In this document: piece after piece, positions 1-8,289 of the stretch
Layout: every line of letters begins with the position of its first letter
How positions within the stretch are numbered: the first letter of the stretch is position 1
Assembly: GCA_039030515.1 (NCBI GenBank)
Contig: JBCCEA010000037.1
Span: 1 to 33,610 of the forward strand
Reading direction: 5' to 3'
From: Myxococcota bacterium
GTDB taxonomy: Bacteria; Myxococcota_A; Polyangia; Polyangiales; Houyiibacteriaceae
DNA: 33,610 nt
Position numbers and translations under genes: made by a program
The notes under the pieces: model-generated
Database searches by the model: none
What the model was told of the DNA's origin: nothing
What the model saw: the letters and a program-made list of their open reading frames with translations, nothing else

Positions 1-986
1 CTTTTGCTGGTCTTGACATCGGCAAAGATATGGTCGCCAACGTAGAGAATTTGTTCCGCAGCGAGATCGAAGTGCGCTTCGATCGCTCGAGCGTGGCCAC
101 CCACGTAGGCGCCTCCCGTGACCAGCGGCCCCACCACCGGCTTCAAGAGACCTCGCTCTTCCTCGACGACTTCATAAAAAGGAGCGTTGCCGGCAAAAAA
201 GGATGGCTTGCGTGCAGCGACGACGACGAGGTCAAAAAGATCTCGCCACCGCTGGCCGCCCGGCAGAAACGGATCGATCACGTACCGCATCATGGCCTGG
301 GTGTAGTTCCATCCGGAATTGGTGATCAGTATGACCCGTTTGCCTGAGGCTTTTAGATCCCGAAGCACCAGAGGCAGATCCTCGTCTAAGCTCACGAAAC
401 GCTCTGGGTTGGCGACGATTTCGGCTTTGAGCTGACCTTCCATGTGGGTCTGATCGATGTGATTCCTGATGACATCGTACAGGTCTCGGTAGCCGAGCGT
501 CCCCTCGATCTCTCCGCGATCGAGTAGATCGACAGCCTGGGCATAGAGGCAGGCTTCGGAGAGTGCGAAAAGCGTATTCATGAAGACCCAACGAGGCTCT
601 GCGAGATCTACGGTCGTCTGCGCATAGAGTTCCTTTTGTTCCTCAAAGCTGAGCATCCTCGTGCCGTGGCTTGCGCGCCGCACAAATCCAAAGCGGTTGG
701 CTTTGACGATGTTGCCGCACTCAAGGTCCATGATGAGGCCGAGTGCCACCAGGTCCTGATCGAATCTTAGGTGTCCGACGGGCCACCCAAGATCGGCCAA
801 CAGGCGCTCCTGCACATGCTCGTAGCAGCGCCGCTCCCACGCTTCGGTATGGTAGTGTACGAGCGTGTAGTCCATATCGAATCCAACTGCTTGGATCGAT
901 CGGAGATTGAGGGTCCGATTGCAAAAGAGCCGGGTTGCGGCGGTTGGGAGACAGGTTTCGACTTGGGGTTCTGCGTGCGTGCTCAT
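1..986 (-). CDS. HAD-IG family (cN-II-like) 5'-nucleotidase, 3' end outside the window
   Basis: Missing from the ORF track because it runs off the edge. Manual translation from ATG at 986 gives MSTHAEPQVE..LFCNRTLNLRSIQAVGFDMDYTLVHY..LITNS..ARKPSFF..ILYVGDHIFADV, matching the cN-II motifs DMDYT, TNS, KP and GDH. Confidence 0.93.
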   Translation of the reverse strand, partial: MSTHAEPQVETCLPTAATRLFCNRTLNLRSIQAVGFDMDYTLVHYHTEAWERRCYEHVQERLLADLGWPVGHLRFDQDLVALGLIMDLECGNIVKANRFGFVRRASHGTRMLSFEEQKELYAQTTVDLAEPRWVFMNTLFALSEACLYAQAVDLLDRGEIEGTLGYRDLYDVIRNHIDQTHMEGQLKAEIVANPERFVSLDEDLPLVLRDLKASGKRVILITNSGWNYTQAMMRYVIDPFLPGGQRWRDLFDLVVVAARKPSFFAGNAPFYEVVEEERGLLKPVVGPLVTGGAYVGGHARAIEAHFDLAAEQILYVGDHIFADVKTSK

Positions 987-1050
987 GGCGGAATTATGTG
1001 CCGTAGACGTCGAGAACGGATGGGCACTTGTTTGAGGGTGAGACCGACGA

Positions 1051-2112
1051 TTAGCGGCGATGATCGCCACGGTCTTTCAGCGATGCCACGATAGAGCGCA
1101 CTTCTTGAGCGCGGTCCCGGGGCACGACCAGCAGGGCGTCCTCGGTGTCGACGACGACCAGGTCCCGCACGCCGACCATAGCCACAAGCTTGCCCTCTGG
1201 CGAGCGCACCAAGCACCCTTTGCTGTCGATGAGAACGTGATCGCATCCCGAGGCGTTCTCATCGGAGTCCTGAGGAGCGAGCTCCCATGCTGTGGTCCAG
1301 CTGCCGAGATCCGACCAGCCGAAGTTTCCGGGAACTACCGCGACCTCCTCTACTTTTTCCATCACTCCATGGTCGATCGACACGGATGGAAGTTCCGAAT
1401 AGGTGGCCGACACCAGCTCGGCCTCTTGACCCTCGGCGGCTGCACGGTCGTAGGCGCTCAGCTGTGCTCCGAGGCCCGGCAGATGTTGCCGGATGCAGCG
1501 GAGAATGACGTCGCAACGAAAAAAGAACATCCCGCTGTTCCACAGGAAGTTGCCAGATGAGAGGAACTGCTCTGCCCGCGAGCGGTTGGGTTTCTCCACA
1601 AATCTCCGCGCTCGATACACACCCGAATCCACCTCGGGACCGACCTCGATGTAGCCGTAGCCGATCTCCGCTCGGGTAGGGGTGATGCCCACCGTTACCA
1701 AGTGTCCCTTCTCGGCGGCGGAGAAGGCGGTTTCCATGGTTTGGAGGTAGCTCGCTTCGTTTTCGATGTGGTGGTCGGCCGGAAGTACAGCGATCACCGC
1801 GTCGGGATCCATGCGTCCAATGACGGAGGCCGCCCAGCCGATGCAGGGCGCCGTGTTGCGGGCTGCGGGCTCTGCCAAAATATGGGCCTGCGGTATGCCC
1901 GGCAGCGCGCTCGAGGTGGCCTCCAAGAGAGTTGTCGAAGTGACTACGTAGGTGTGATCCTCCGTCACGAGCGAGAGGCACCTGCGTGCAGTAGCGGCGA
2001 TGAGTGTCTCGTCCTGACCAGCGAGCGCAAGCAGCTGTTTCGGTCGGGCACGTCGAGAGAGCGGCCAAAATCGAGTTCCGGAGCCTCCGGCCATAATCAC
2101 GGAGTAACGCAT
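1051..2112 (-). CDS. manC: Mannose-1-phosphate guanylyltransferase
   Basis: MRYSVIMAGGSGTRFWPLSRRARPKQLL, EPAARNTAP, PADH, FVEKP, WNSGMF, SIDHGVME, WSDLGSW. ATG at 2112 overlaps the uppP stop (TGATG). Confidence 0.95.
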   Translation of the reverse strand: MRYSVIMAGGSGTRFWPLSRRARPKQLLALAGQDETLIAATARRCLSLVTEDHTYVVTSTTLLEATSSALPGIPQAHILAEPAARNTAPCIGWAASVIGRMDPDAVIAVLPADHHIENEASYLQTMETAFSAAEKGHLVTVGITPTRAEIGYGYIEVGPEVDSGVYRARRFVEKPNRSRAEQFLSSGNFLWNSGMFFFRCDVILRCIRQHLPGLGAQLSAYDRAAAEGQEAELVSATYSELPSVSIDHGVMEKVEEVAVVPGNFGWSDLGSWTTAWELAPQDSDENASGCDHVLIDSKGCLVRSPEGKLVAMVGVRDLVVVDTEDALLVVPRDRAQEVRSIVASLKDRGDHRR

Positions 2113-2951
2113 CAACGAATCCCTCCGAACGCGTCGAGGTAGGCGATTTCGAAATCCCAACCGAAGATCACGATCCCCAAAGGCACCAGATACAGTGCAC
2201 ACATCCAGAGTTTATCGTGAATCAGCAAATGTCTGACGCTCAATAGCGCCCCGTAACCGCTGACGAAAGCGACGAGAGCGCCCACAAAACCTCCGACTCC
2301 CAAACCGACGAGCGCTCCGGGAGCCGTCAGCTTGAGAAGGGCTGCTCCGGCGACGGCGGGCAGGGAAAGTAGAAACGAAAATCGAAAGGCGTGCTCAGGC
2401 GTCATTCCAAGGATCATGGCGGCTCCGATCGTGCTCCCGCTCCGACTCACTCCAGGCAGCACGGCGATCCCTTGGACCATGCCGACCAGGAAATATCCGA
2501 GAAAGGAAAGCGTCCGTTCGCTACCTCTCTTTTTGCGGGTTGTGAGGACCCATGCTGCCGAAGCGAGAAAGCATAGTCCCAGGACTGAGGGGACGTTGCC
2601 GGCTTGTTCAGCCTGCTCCTCGAGGCACAGGCCGAACAGCGCGGTGGGTAGGGTCCCGATCAGTACGCCGATGACGGTGCGCCCTTCTTCGGTCGTCAGA
2701 TAGCTTTGCGGAGATCTAAATCCCTGGATTGCGCGTCTTGTGAGTTGCAGGATCTCAGGACCTAGAACCACAAACGTCGCGAGCAACGTGCCGACGTGTA
2801 GGGCGACCACCAGCGAAAGAGGGGCTGCGGGTTGGTTGAACAAAAGTGCGCCTGCAGCAACGTGTCCGCTGCTCGATACCGGTAGAAATTCGGTTAGCCC
2901 CTGGATCAGCCCGAGCACTGCCCCGGACCACGCATCGGTCACTCCAGCCAT
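2112..2951 (-). CDS. uppP: Undecaprenyl-diphosphate phosphatase (BacA/UppP)
   Basis: QGLTEFLPVSSSGH and PGVSRSGSTI motifs, multiple hydrophobic segments. Start taken at ATG 2951 (GTG 2975 possible). Confidence 0.95.
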   Translation of the reverse strand: MAGVTDAWSGAVLGLIQGLTEFLPVSSSGHVAAGALLFNQPAAPLSLVVALHVGTLLATFVVLGPEILQLTRRAIQGFRSPQSYLTTEEGRTVIGVLIGTLPTALFGLCLEEQAEQAGNVPSVLGLCFLASAAWVLTTRKKRGSERTLSFLGYFLVGMVQGIAVLPGVSRSGSTIGAAMILGMTPEHAFRFSFLLSLPAVAGAALLKLTAPGALVGLGVGGFVGALVAFVSGYGALLSVRHLLIHDKLWMCALYLVPLGIVIFGWDFEIAYLDAFGGIR

Positions 2952-3147
2952 TGCGTGCTCGTATAACACGTGCACAGTCGACCACTCACGAATCTCGAAG
3001 CGTCTTGCGGTTGACCTAAACTGCCCGAGAGACGACTCGAGCCTCTGACAAGACCGTCAAGGGCCAGCGGAGCGGACTTGGCGGCATCGTTCGATCAAGC
3101 GCGCGGTGGCCACGCAAGCATTCGTCGTTTACGATGCCGCCGACTGG

Positions 3148-4641
3148 ATGAGGGATAATTGGAAGGCAGCGCGGGTCGGCGTGATGGTGTTGCTGGGCAT
3201 TGCCGCTTCGGTATTCGTCTATCGCTACGTGGATGAACGGGCTACCGGCGAACAAGGGTATTCGGTCTATGCGCTTTTTAGCGACGCTCAAGGCCTGATT
3301 CCCAAGAGTCGCGTTGTAGTCGCGGGGATCTCAGTCGGATATATCGAGGAGATCCAGCTACAGGGTGCGAAGGCGCGGGTCGATATTCACATCAACGACA
3401 GCATTATCCTTCATGAAGATGCCGCCGTCGCGATGCGGAGCGTTTCGATCTTAGGTGAATCGATACTCGTGATCCGCCCCGGAACTGCTGAACTGGCCGT
3501 GCTTGGCGAGGGTGACCAGATATCCACGGTCTCAGAGGCTACGACGACCGATGAAATTCTTTCGAACGTCAACGATATCGCCATCAACGTCAAGGCCGTG
3601 ACCAAGCAGTTGGCGCGTTCCTTCGGAACGGATGAGGCGGGTGAGCGACTCGAGGGGGCGCTGCGAGACGTGAGCGAGGCACTCGAAACTGTGAATCGAG
3701 TTTTGCTCGATAACGAGCCTGTGATCGGACGCACCCTGCAGAACGTAGAAAGCGCAACCGCTGAAGCCGGGCCTCGACTCGTTCGCATTCTGGACAACGT
3801 AGAGGCCGCTACCTTGGACGTTCGAGAGCTGGTCCGAGACAACCGAGACGACCTCGACGGAGCGCTGACACAGGCCGATGAAACTGTGGCCGCGATCAAC
3901 CGTTCCGCACACGAACTCGAGCAAGTGCTGCAGGATGTCGGCGAAGTCACCGACCGTACTGCGCGCGGCGAAGGAACGGTGGGTAGACTGACCTCAGATG
4001 ACGTGCTCATCGACGAAGTGGAAGGCGCCGCTGAAGGTATCAACAACCTGGTTGGTGGCTTGGCTCGTTTGCGCACCGTCGTGGAACTCAGAAGCGAATA
4101 CAACTTTCTGGCGAATACCTTTAAGACCTACCTTGGCATTCGACTCCAGCCGGCTGAGGATCGCTATTACTTCATCCAGTTCGTCGATGACCCGCGAGGA
4201 TCAGTGGATACCACCCAGACGACGGTTCGGACGAGCCCGCCGCGAGAAGGCGACCCTTCAGTGTACCAGGAAACCCGTATCGCAAGGACGGACGCTTTGC
4301 GGTTCTCTCTTCTCTTTGCAAAGCAAGTGAATATTGCGACTTTTCGATTTGGCATCATCGAGTCCACGGGGGGTCTCGGCGCGGACATCCACTTACTCGA
4401 CGAGCGGTTCGAGCTTAACCTCGACGCGTTCGCACTTGGAGAGCGCACCTTTCCTCGTCTACGCGCTCGCCTAGGCTTTGAGGTAGTCGATAAGTTTTGG
4501 GTTCAGGGCGGTATCGATGACGCACTCAATGAAGAATCCCGTGATTTTTTTCTTGGCGCGATGTTGAGATTTGACGACTCGGACCTGGCCGCAATCCTGG
4601 CGCTCGTAGGCGGCTCTGTAGCGAGCGCCGGCTCCAACTAG
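3148..4641 (+). CDS. Long MCE/MlaD-family protein (TM helix, MCE domain, helical stalk, C-terminal beta-rich domain)
   Basis: N-terminal TM; MCE signature FSDAQGL..SRVVVAGISVGYIEEI..SILGE..I.PG; GEGTVGRL motif; amphipathic beta-strand pattern in the last ~170 aa. Start taken at ATG 3148. Confidence 0.88.
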   Translation: MRDNWKAARVGVMVLLGIAASVFVYRYVDERATGEQGYSVYALFSDAQGLIPKSRVVVAGISVGYIEEIQLQGAKARVDIHINDSIILHEDAAVAMRSVSILGESILVIRPGTAELAVLGEGDQISTVSEATTTDEILSNVNDIAINVKAVTKQLARSFGTDEAGERLEGALRDVSEALETVNRVLLDNEPVIGRTLQNVESATAEAGPRLVRILDNVEAATLDVRELVRDNRDDLDGALTQADETVAAINRSAHELEQVLQDVGEVTDRTARGEGTVGRLTSDDVLIDEVEGAAEGINNLVGGLARLRTVVELRSEYNFLANTFKTYLGIRLQPAEDRYYFIQFVDDPRGSVDTTQTTVRTSPPREGDPSVYQETRIARTDALRFSLLFAKQVNIATFRFGIIESTGGLGADIHLLDERFELNLDAFALGERTFPRLRARLGFEVVDKFWVQGGIDDALNEESRDFFLGAMLRFDDSDLAAILALVGGSVASAGSN

Positions 4642-4799
4642 ATGGCCACCGTGTCCCGAACCGGCTAGGGCCAGACAGGCACTCGCTTACGAGGCTTTGC
4701 TGCCTAGCCGTTCAGCGACGCTCCTCAGCGGCTGACTTCCCGGCTAGGCTATCCATCGCAATTTCGACTGGGCGCGAATTCTTCTGAATTCGGATCGAT

Positions 4800-4814
4800 T
4801 GGCATGAATAGTGC
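4800..4814 (+). promoter_or_regulatory. Putative sigma-54 (-24/-12) promoter of the 4923 gene
   Basis: TGGCATGAATAGTGC has GG-N10-GC spacing and closely matches TGGCACG-N4-TTGC; about 110 bp upstream of the start. Confidence 0.55.
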
Positions 4815-4922
4815 CTTCAGATATTTCTGTATTGCTCGTTTAGGAGTGGAATTCTGCGTAGAACTGTTCCGTACTATGCAGGGTCCTACATTCTCCTATT
4901 CGAGCCTGGTCTGGAGGCATAC

Positions 4923-5756
4923 GTGAAAAGATTTTGGATCGCATTGATGTCTAGCTTGATACTGATGACGACGTTTGCTGGTGCGCCAGCGCCGGTCGGA
5001 GCGCAGCTAGAGAGCGAGGCAGACCCGATCTCAGAGGCTCTCGGCGACATTCGTTGGGGCATGACTCAGGAAGAACTGCTGGCCCACTTTGCGCGCCGAA
5101 TTAGAGGTTCTTACGAAGAGCGCATAGCGAACGCTCGAGATGCGATGCACGAGGACCGTCTTCATCGGGAGATGAATCAGAAAATTCGTCGTATCAGGGA
5201 TAGTTATGTGGCCTTTCAAGGTCAGACTACCGGGTTGGATGTCTCCTTTTTGCGATGGGAATTTACGCACAACAACCAAGAGTCGATGATCTCAGTTTCC
5301 GATCGAAATGCTCAGAACTATTACTTTTTTGTCCAAGGGCGACTGTGGAAGTGGTACCGGGCATTCCATGCGAACGTCTTCGGAGGACACTCTTTTCAGC
5401 AGTTCGCGGGGGCCATACAGCGTCGATTTGGTGCGGCGGAAGAGCGCACCCATACCGCTCGGGAGTCGGTCCGACCGAATCGTTGGCTTGGGTGGCAAAA
5501 TGCGCGAACGCGCTTGAGGGCCGTGGACGAGAATCAGTTCTACGGATTTTACTGTCTCGTGTTCGAAGATAGGGAAACGCTTAATAATCTCGACCATCTG
5601 CGAACCGCCCCAGAGCAACGTGGGCGAACGCGATCCAGTCGGTTGGTTGAGTCGGTGACTCGAGAAAACGACGAGGCTCCGAGCACGGCCAATGCGGATA
5701 TCGTGGACCGGATCACTGGACGCACGCGGCGTCCTGCGACGGGGAATCCTGGCTAG
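4923..5756 (+). CDS. Secreted hypothetical protein
   Basis: GGAGG RBS before GTG; signal peptide MKRFWIALMSSLILMTTFAGAPAPVGA; 277 aa; no family recognised. Confidence 0.8.
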   Translation: MKRFWIALMSSLILMTTFAGAPAPVGAQLESEADPISEALGDIRWGMTQEELLAHFARRIRGSYEERIANARDAMHEDRLHREMNQKIRRIRDSYVAFQGQTTGLDVSFLRWEFTHNNQESMISVSDRNAQNYYFFVQGRLWKWYRAFHANVFGGHSFQQFAGAIQRRFGAAEERTHTARESVRPNRWLGWQNARTRLRAVDENQFYGFYCLVFEDRETLNNLDHLRTAPEQRGRTRSSRLVESVTRENDEAPSTANADIVDRITGRTRRPATGNPG

Positions 5757-5980
5757 TTGTTGCGGGTGACGCTCGGTTGTGACGGGTGAAGCTCGGGCTC
5801 GCTCCGTTTGGCACCGCGGTCTGAGAGCGTTTGATAAAGCGCGTAACCTATGTCTGAAGACCCCAGTGGGCGAGGGCTGACCGGGGAAAAAAGACCCGGA
5901 GATCGACTCGGCGTCGTATCACAACTCATCAGGAATGTGTGCACACAGAGGAGCAGAAGCCGGAATCCAGTTTGGCTCAC
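5753..5980 (-). CDS. Possible small lipoprotein
   Basis: 75 aa, starts 4 nt after the NifU stop; basic residue, hydrophobic stretch and lipobox-like LMSC; fills an otherwise empty gap. Confidence 0.35.
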   Translation of the reverse strand: MSQTGFRLLLLCVHTFLMSCDTTPSRSPGLFSPVSPRPLGSSDIGYALYQTLSDRGAKRSEPELHPSQPSVTRNN

Positions 5981-5984
5981 TCCC

Positions 5985-6227
5985 TTAACCCGAGGACGGT
6001 TTGGCTCGCCTTAGCTCTACTTCAACGTCGTTACCGAGCGTCTCCCGTATCGACGGCTCGATCACACGTGTGCGGGTGTAGTGCAGTCCCGGACATCCGC
6101 TGCAGGCCCCACCCATCTCGATGGTGATCCTTCTCCCCTCGGTCTGAACGAGCTCGATGGTTCCTCCGTCTGCTTCGATAATCGGTCGGATGACCTCGCT
6201 CAAGAGCGCTCGAATTGCAGAGTCCAT
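5985..6227 (-). CDS. NifU C-terminal (Nfu-type) domain protein, Fe-S carrier
   Basis: IRPIIEADGGTIEL..MGGACSGCP with the CxxC motif; ATG at 6227 gives a typical 80-aa stand-alone domain. Confidence 0.9.
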   Translation of the reverse strand: MDSAIRALLSEVIRPIIEADGGTIELVQTEGRRITIEMGGACSGCPGLHYTRTRVIEPSIRETLGNDVEVELRRAKPSSG

Positions 6228-6325
6228 GCGGAAGAAGGTAGCATGTGTCGATCGAGAGAGCGGAAAAACATCAGCTATTCCTGCGTTCCAACAGCTGCTA
6301 TCCTCATCGTAAGGGCCACATAGAG

Positions 6326-7186
6326 TTGACACGCTTTCGACTACGATTTCTTCTGCAAGAGTTCGACCTATCCGGCCCGGAAGTGGTGATCGGTCGAAGT
6401 CCAGAATGTCAGGTCACGATCGAGGATCCCCTCATCTCCAGGCAGCATGCCCGGATTCGGGTCGATCAGGAGACTGCTGAACTCGAAGATTTGGGAAGTC
6501 GAAATGGAGTGCGTCTCAACGGTAGAATCATCGAGAGGCGAACCGCGCTGAATCACGGCGACCGGATTCGGCTCGGTACCCAGGAGCTCGTGTTTTTGGT
6601 AGTTCATCAAGCAGTGCGCAACTCCCGCACCACCGGCTTCATGAAGGTCTGTACGAGCTGCTCGACACCCTATCCAAAGAGCGCAGCTCGCTGTCCGCAC
6701 TGCGGCGCCGCGATGGACGATGACACGATCAGCGGACTGGCGGTTCCTCCTGTGAAAAACTGGACCTTTCAACTTCTGGCAGACGTTACGGAACGGGCTT
6801 TGGCGACCGGGCGGGTCAAGGAAGCTGATCGACTGTTGCGCCGCGCGCTCAGTGAAATGCGAGGTCGACTCGAGTGCGAAGTGATGATCGACAGCACTCA
6901 GCTTGCCAAGCTATCTAGCCTGGCGCTCGAAGTAGCCCGGCAGACTCCCAAACGTGAGTGGCTAGACGACGTGTTTAGTCTTTACCGGCAAGCTCGTCTG
7001 ATGCCGCCCGAAGAAGTGATCTCCAAGCTTGCTCAGCTGGACGTTCGAGAGCTTCCATCTCTCAAGCAAGACGTCGATGCTTTTGTTGCGTGGTGGATGG
7101 AAGAAGGTAATGGCGAACATCCGGGTGAACTCGCTCAGCTCCAACGGCTTGGTTCTTTCAGTCCTGTAGCGAACCGTCCCGGTTGA
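6326..7186 (+). CDS. FHA domain protein with zinc ribbon and helical C-terminal domain
   Basis: FHA motifs IGRS, ISRQHA, DLGSRNG; CTSC-x10-CPHC. TTG 6326 chosen because it aligns with the N-terminus of the paralog. Confidence 0.9.
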   Translation: MTRFRLRFLLQEFDLSGPEVVIGRSPECQVTIEDPLISRQHARIRVDQETAELEDLGSRNGVRLNGRIIERRTALNHGDRIRLGTQELVFLVVHQAVRNSRTTGFMKVCTSCSTPYPKSAARCPHCGAAMDDDTISGLAVPPVKNWTFQLLADVTERALATGRVKEADRLLRRALSEMRGRLECEVMIDSTQLAKLSSLALEVARQTPKREWLDDVFSLYRQARLMPPEEVISKLAQLDVRELPSLKQDVDAFVAWWMEEGNGEHPGELAQLQRLGSFSPVANRPG

Positions 7187-7286
7187 TCGGCATGCGCCTT
7201 TGGGTGAACTCGCTCAGCTCCAACGGCTTGGTTCTTTCAGTCCTGTAGCGAACTGCCCCGGTTGATCGGCATGCGCCTTTGGGTGA
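7123..7286. repeat. 79-bp tandem duplication (two copies plus a 6-bp GGGTGA remnant)
   Basis: Copies start at 7123 and 7202 and differ at 2 positions (gaaccgtccc vs gaactgcccc); GGGTGA occurs again at 7281. Confidence 0.97.
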
Positions 7287-7358
7287 CCTAATCGGATTGC
7301 ATCCAGGGGCCGGGTAGGGCTTTGCTAAGGCGAGATCGCCTCTGCAGCTTCGTTGATG

Positions 7359-8195
7359 CTAAGCTCCAACTACGCGTTCAAGACCTTCAAGGCGTTTCAT
7401 CAAAAATTTTTCGCTCGCGCCGAATGTGTCGACATCCTGAGTTAACGTATCGATATAGTCGCGAACCGCACGAGCGTTTGTATAGCGTGCAGTGCGCACA
7501 AGCTCATAGAGACGGTCGATATCGTCGGCTTTCATGAGCCGCGCGCGCGCGGTGTACAGTTGAAGTACCCATTCGATGTAGCGTCGTCTCTCTGGACCGC
7601 TCACTAGGGCAAGCGCAAGGCGGGTTCCCGTTTGCATATGCCGTTCTGATACCGGCTTCCCCTCCTTTGCACGACTCATCAAATCTTCCAAGTGGGGCAG
7701 TGCCATGCGTTCTGCCTCTTCATAACGTTGCATGGCGAGTGCTTTATCCGCGATCATGGCGATCAATAAGAAGGTATCTGCCCGACTCGTCTCCTCCTCG
7801 GGATCCGTCATGGTGCTCGCGGCGTTGGCGAACCGGGGAAGTTCCCCTTCCAGAGTGGTCCTTGGATCCAAAGTAGGAATCCGCCCGGTCGGTTTTTCTC
7901 GCCGTTTGGGCTTTTGTACTTCGATAAAAACCATCTCTTGGGAGCCGATCGTGATCTGATCTAGGTGGTGGAGCTGCCTAGGTGTGTCGACCCGCTCTCC
8001 ATTGACGGAGACTCCGTTTCGACTTCCCATATCCTCGAGTAACACTTCCGAAGGAGACACTCGGAATACTGCGTGCTGTCTAGAAACGAGTGCGTCGTCA
8101 AGAGCGAGACTGCATGACGAGCTGCGACCCACTACGAAATCCCCAACGATCATTTCTAGGTCGGTCGATTGGTATCGAAGACGGTAGATCGCCAT
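7359..8195 (-). CDS. FHA domain protein, paralog of 6326..7186
   Basis: VGRS, VSRQHA, DMGSRNG; C-terminal helical region similar to the convergent neighbour. Confidence 0.92.
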   Translation of the reverse strand: MAIYRLRYQSTDLEMIVGDFVVGRSSSCSLALDDALVSRQHAVFRVSPSEVLLEDMGSRNGVSVNGERVDTPRQLHHLDQITIGSQEMVFIEVQKPKRREKPTGRIPTLDPRTTLEGELPRFANAASTMTDPEEETSRADTFLLIAMIADKALAMQRYEEAERMALPHLEDLMSRAKEGKPVSERHMQTGTRLALALVSGPERRRYIEWVLQLYTARARLMKADDIDRLYELVRTARYTNARAVRDYIDTLTQDVDTFGASEKFLMKRLEGLERVVGA

Positions 8196-8289
8196 TACCG
8201 CGCAGACCTGTTCACGAACTTATTGCCGTCAGAATGCAGATACGCGGACGGGCTGGAATCTCTGCATCGTGCCTTTTTGAGACCCGATT

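Noticed and set aside
30..1094. Short ORFs listed at the left edge
   Set aside because: The region is explained by the minus-strand 5'-nucleotidase frame that the track missed.
3411..4103. 230-aa Ser-rich minus-strand ORF (and similar ORFs at 23044-23739, 13285-13935, 9029-9643)
   Set aside because: Antisense or alternate-frame shadows of well-supported genes.
7123..7286. 79-bp repeat as a CRISPR array
   Set aside because: Two contiguous copies with no unique spacers, partly coding, and no cas genes.
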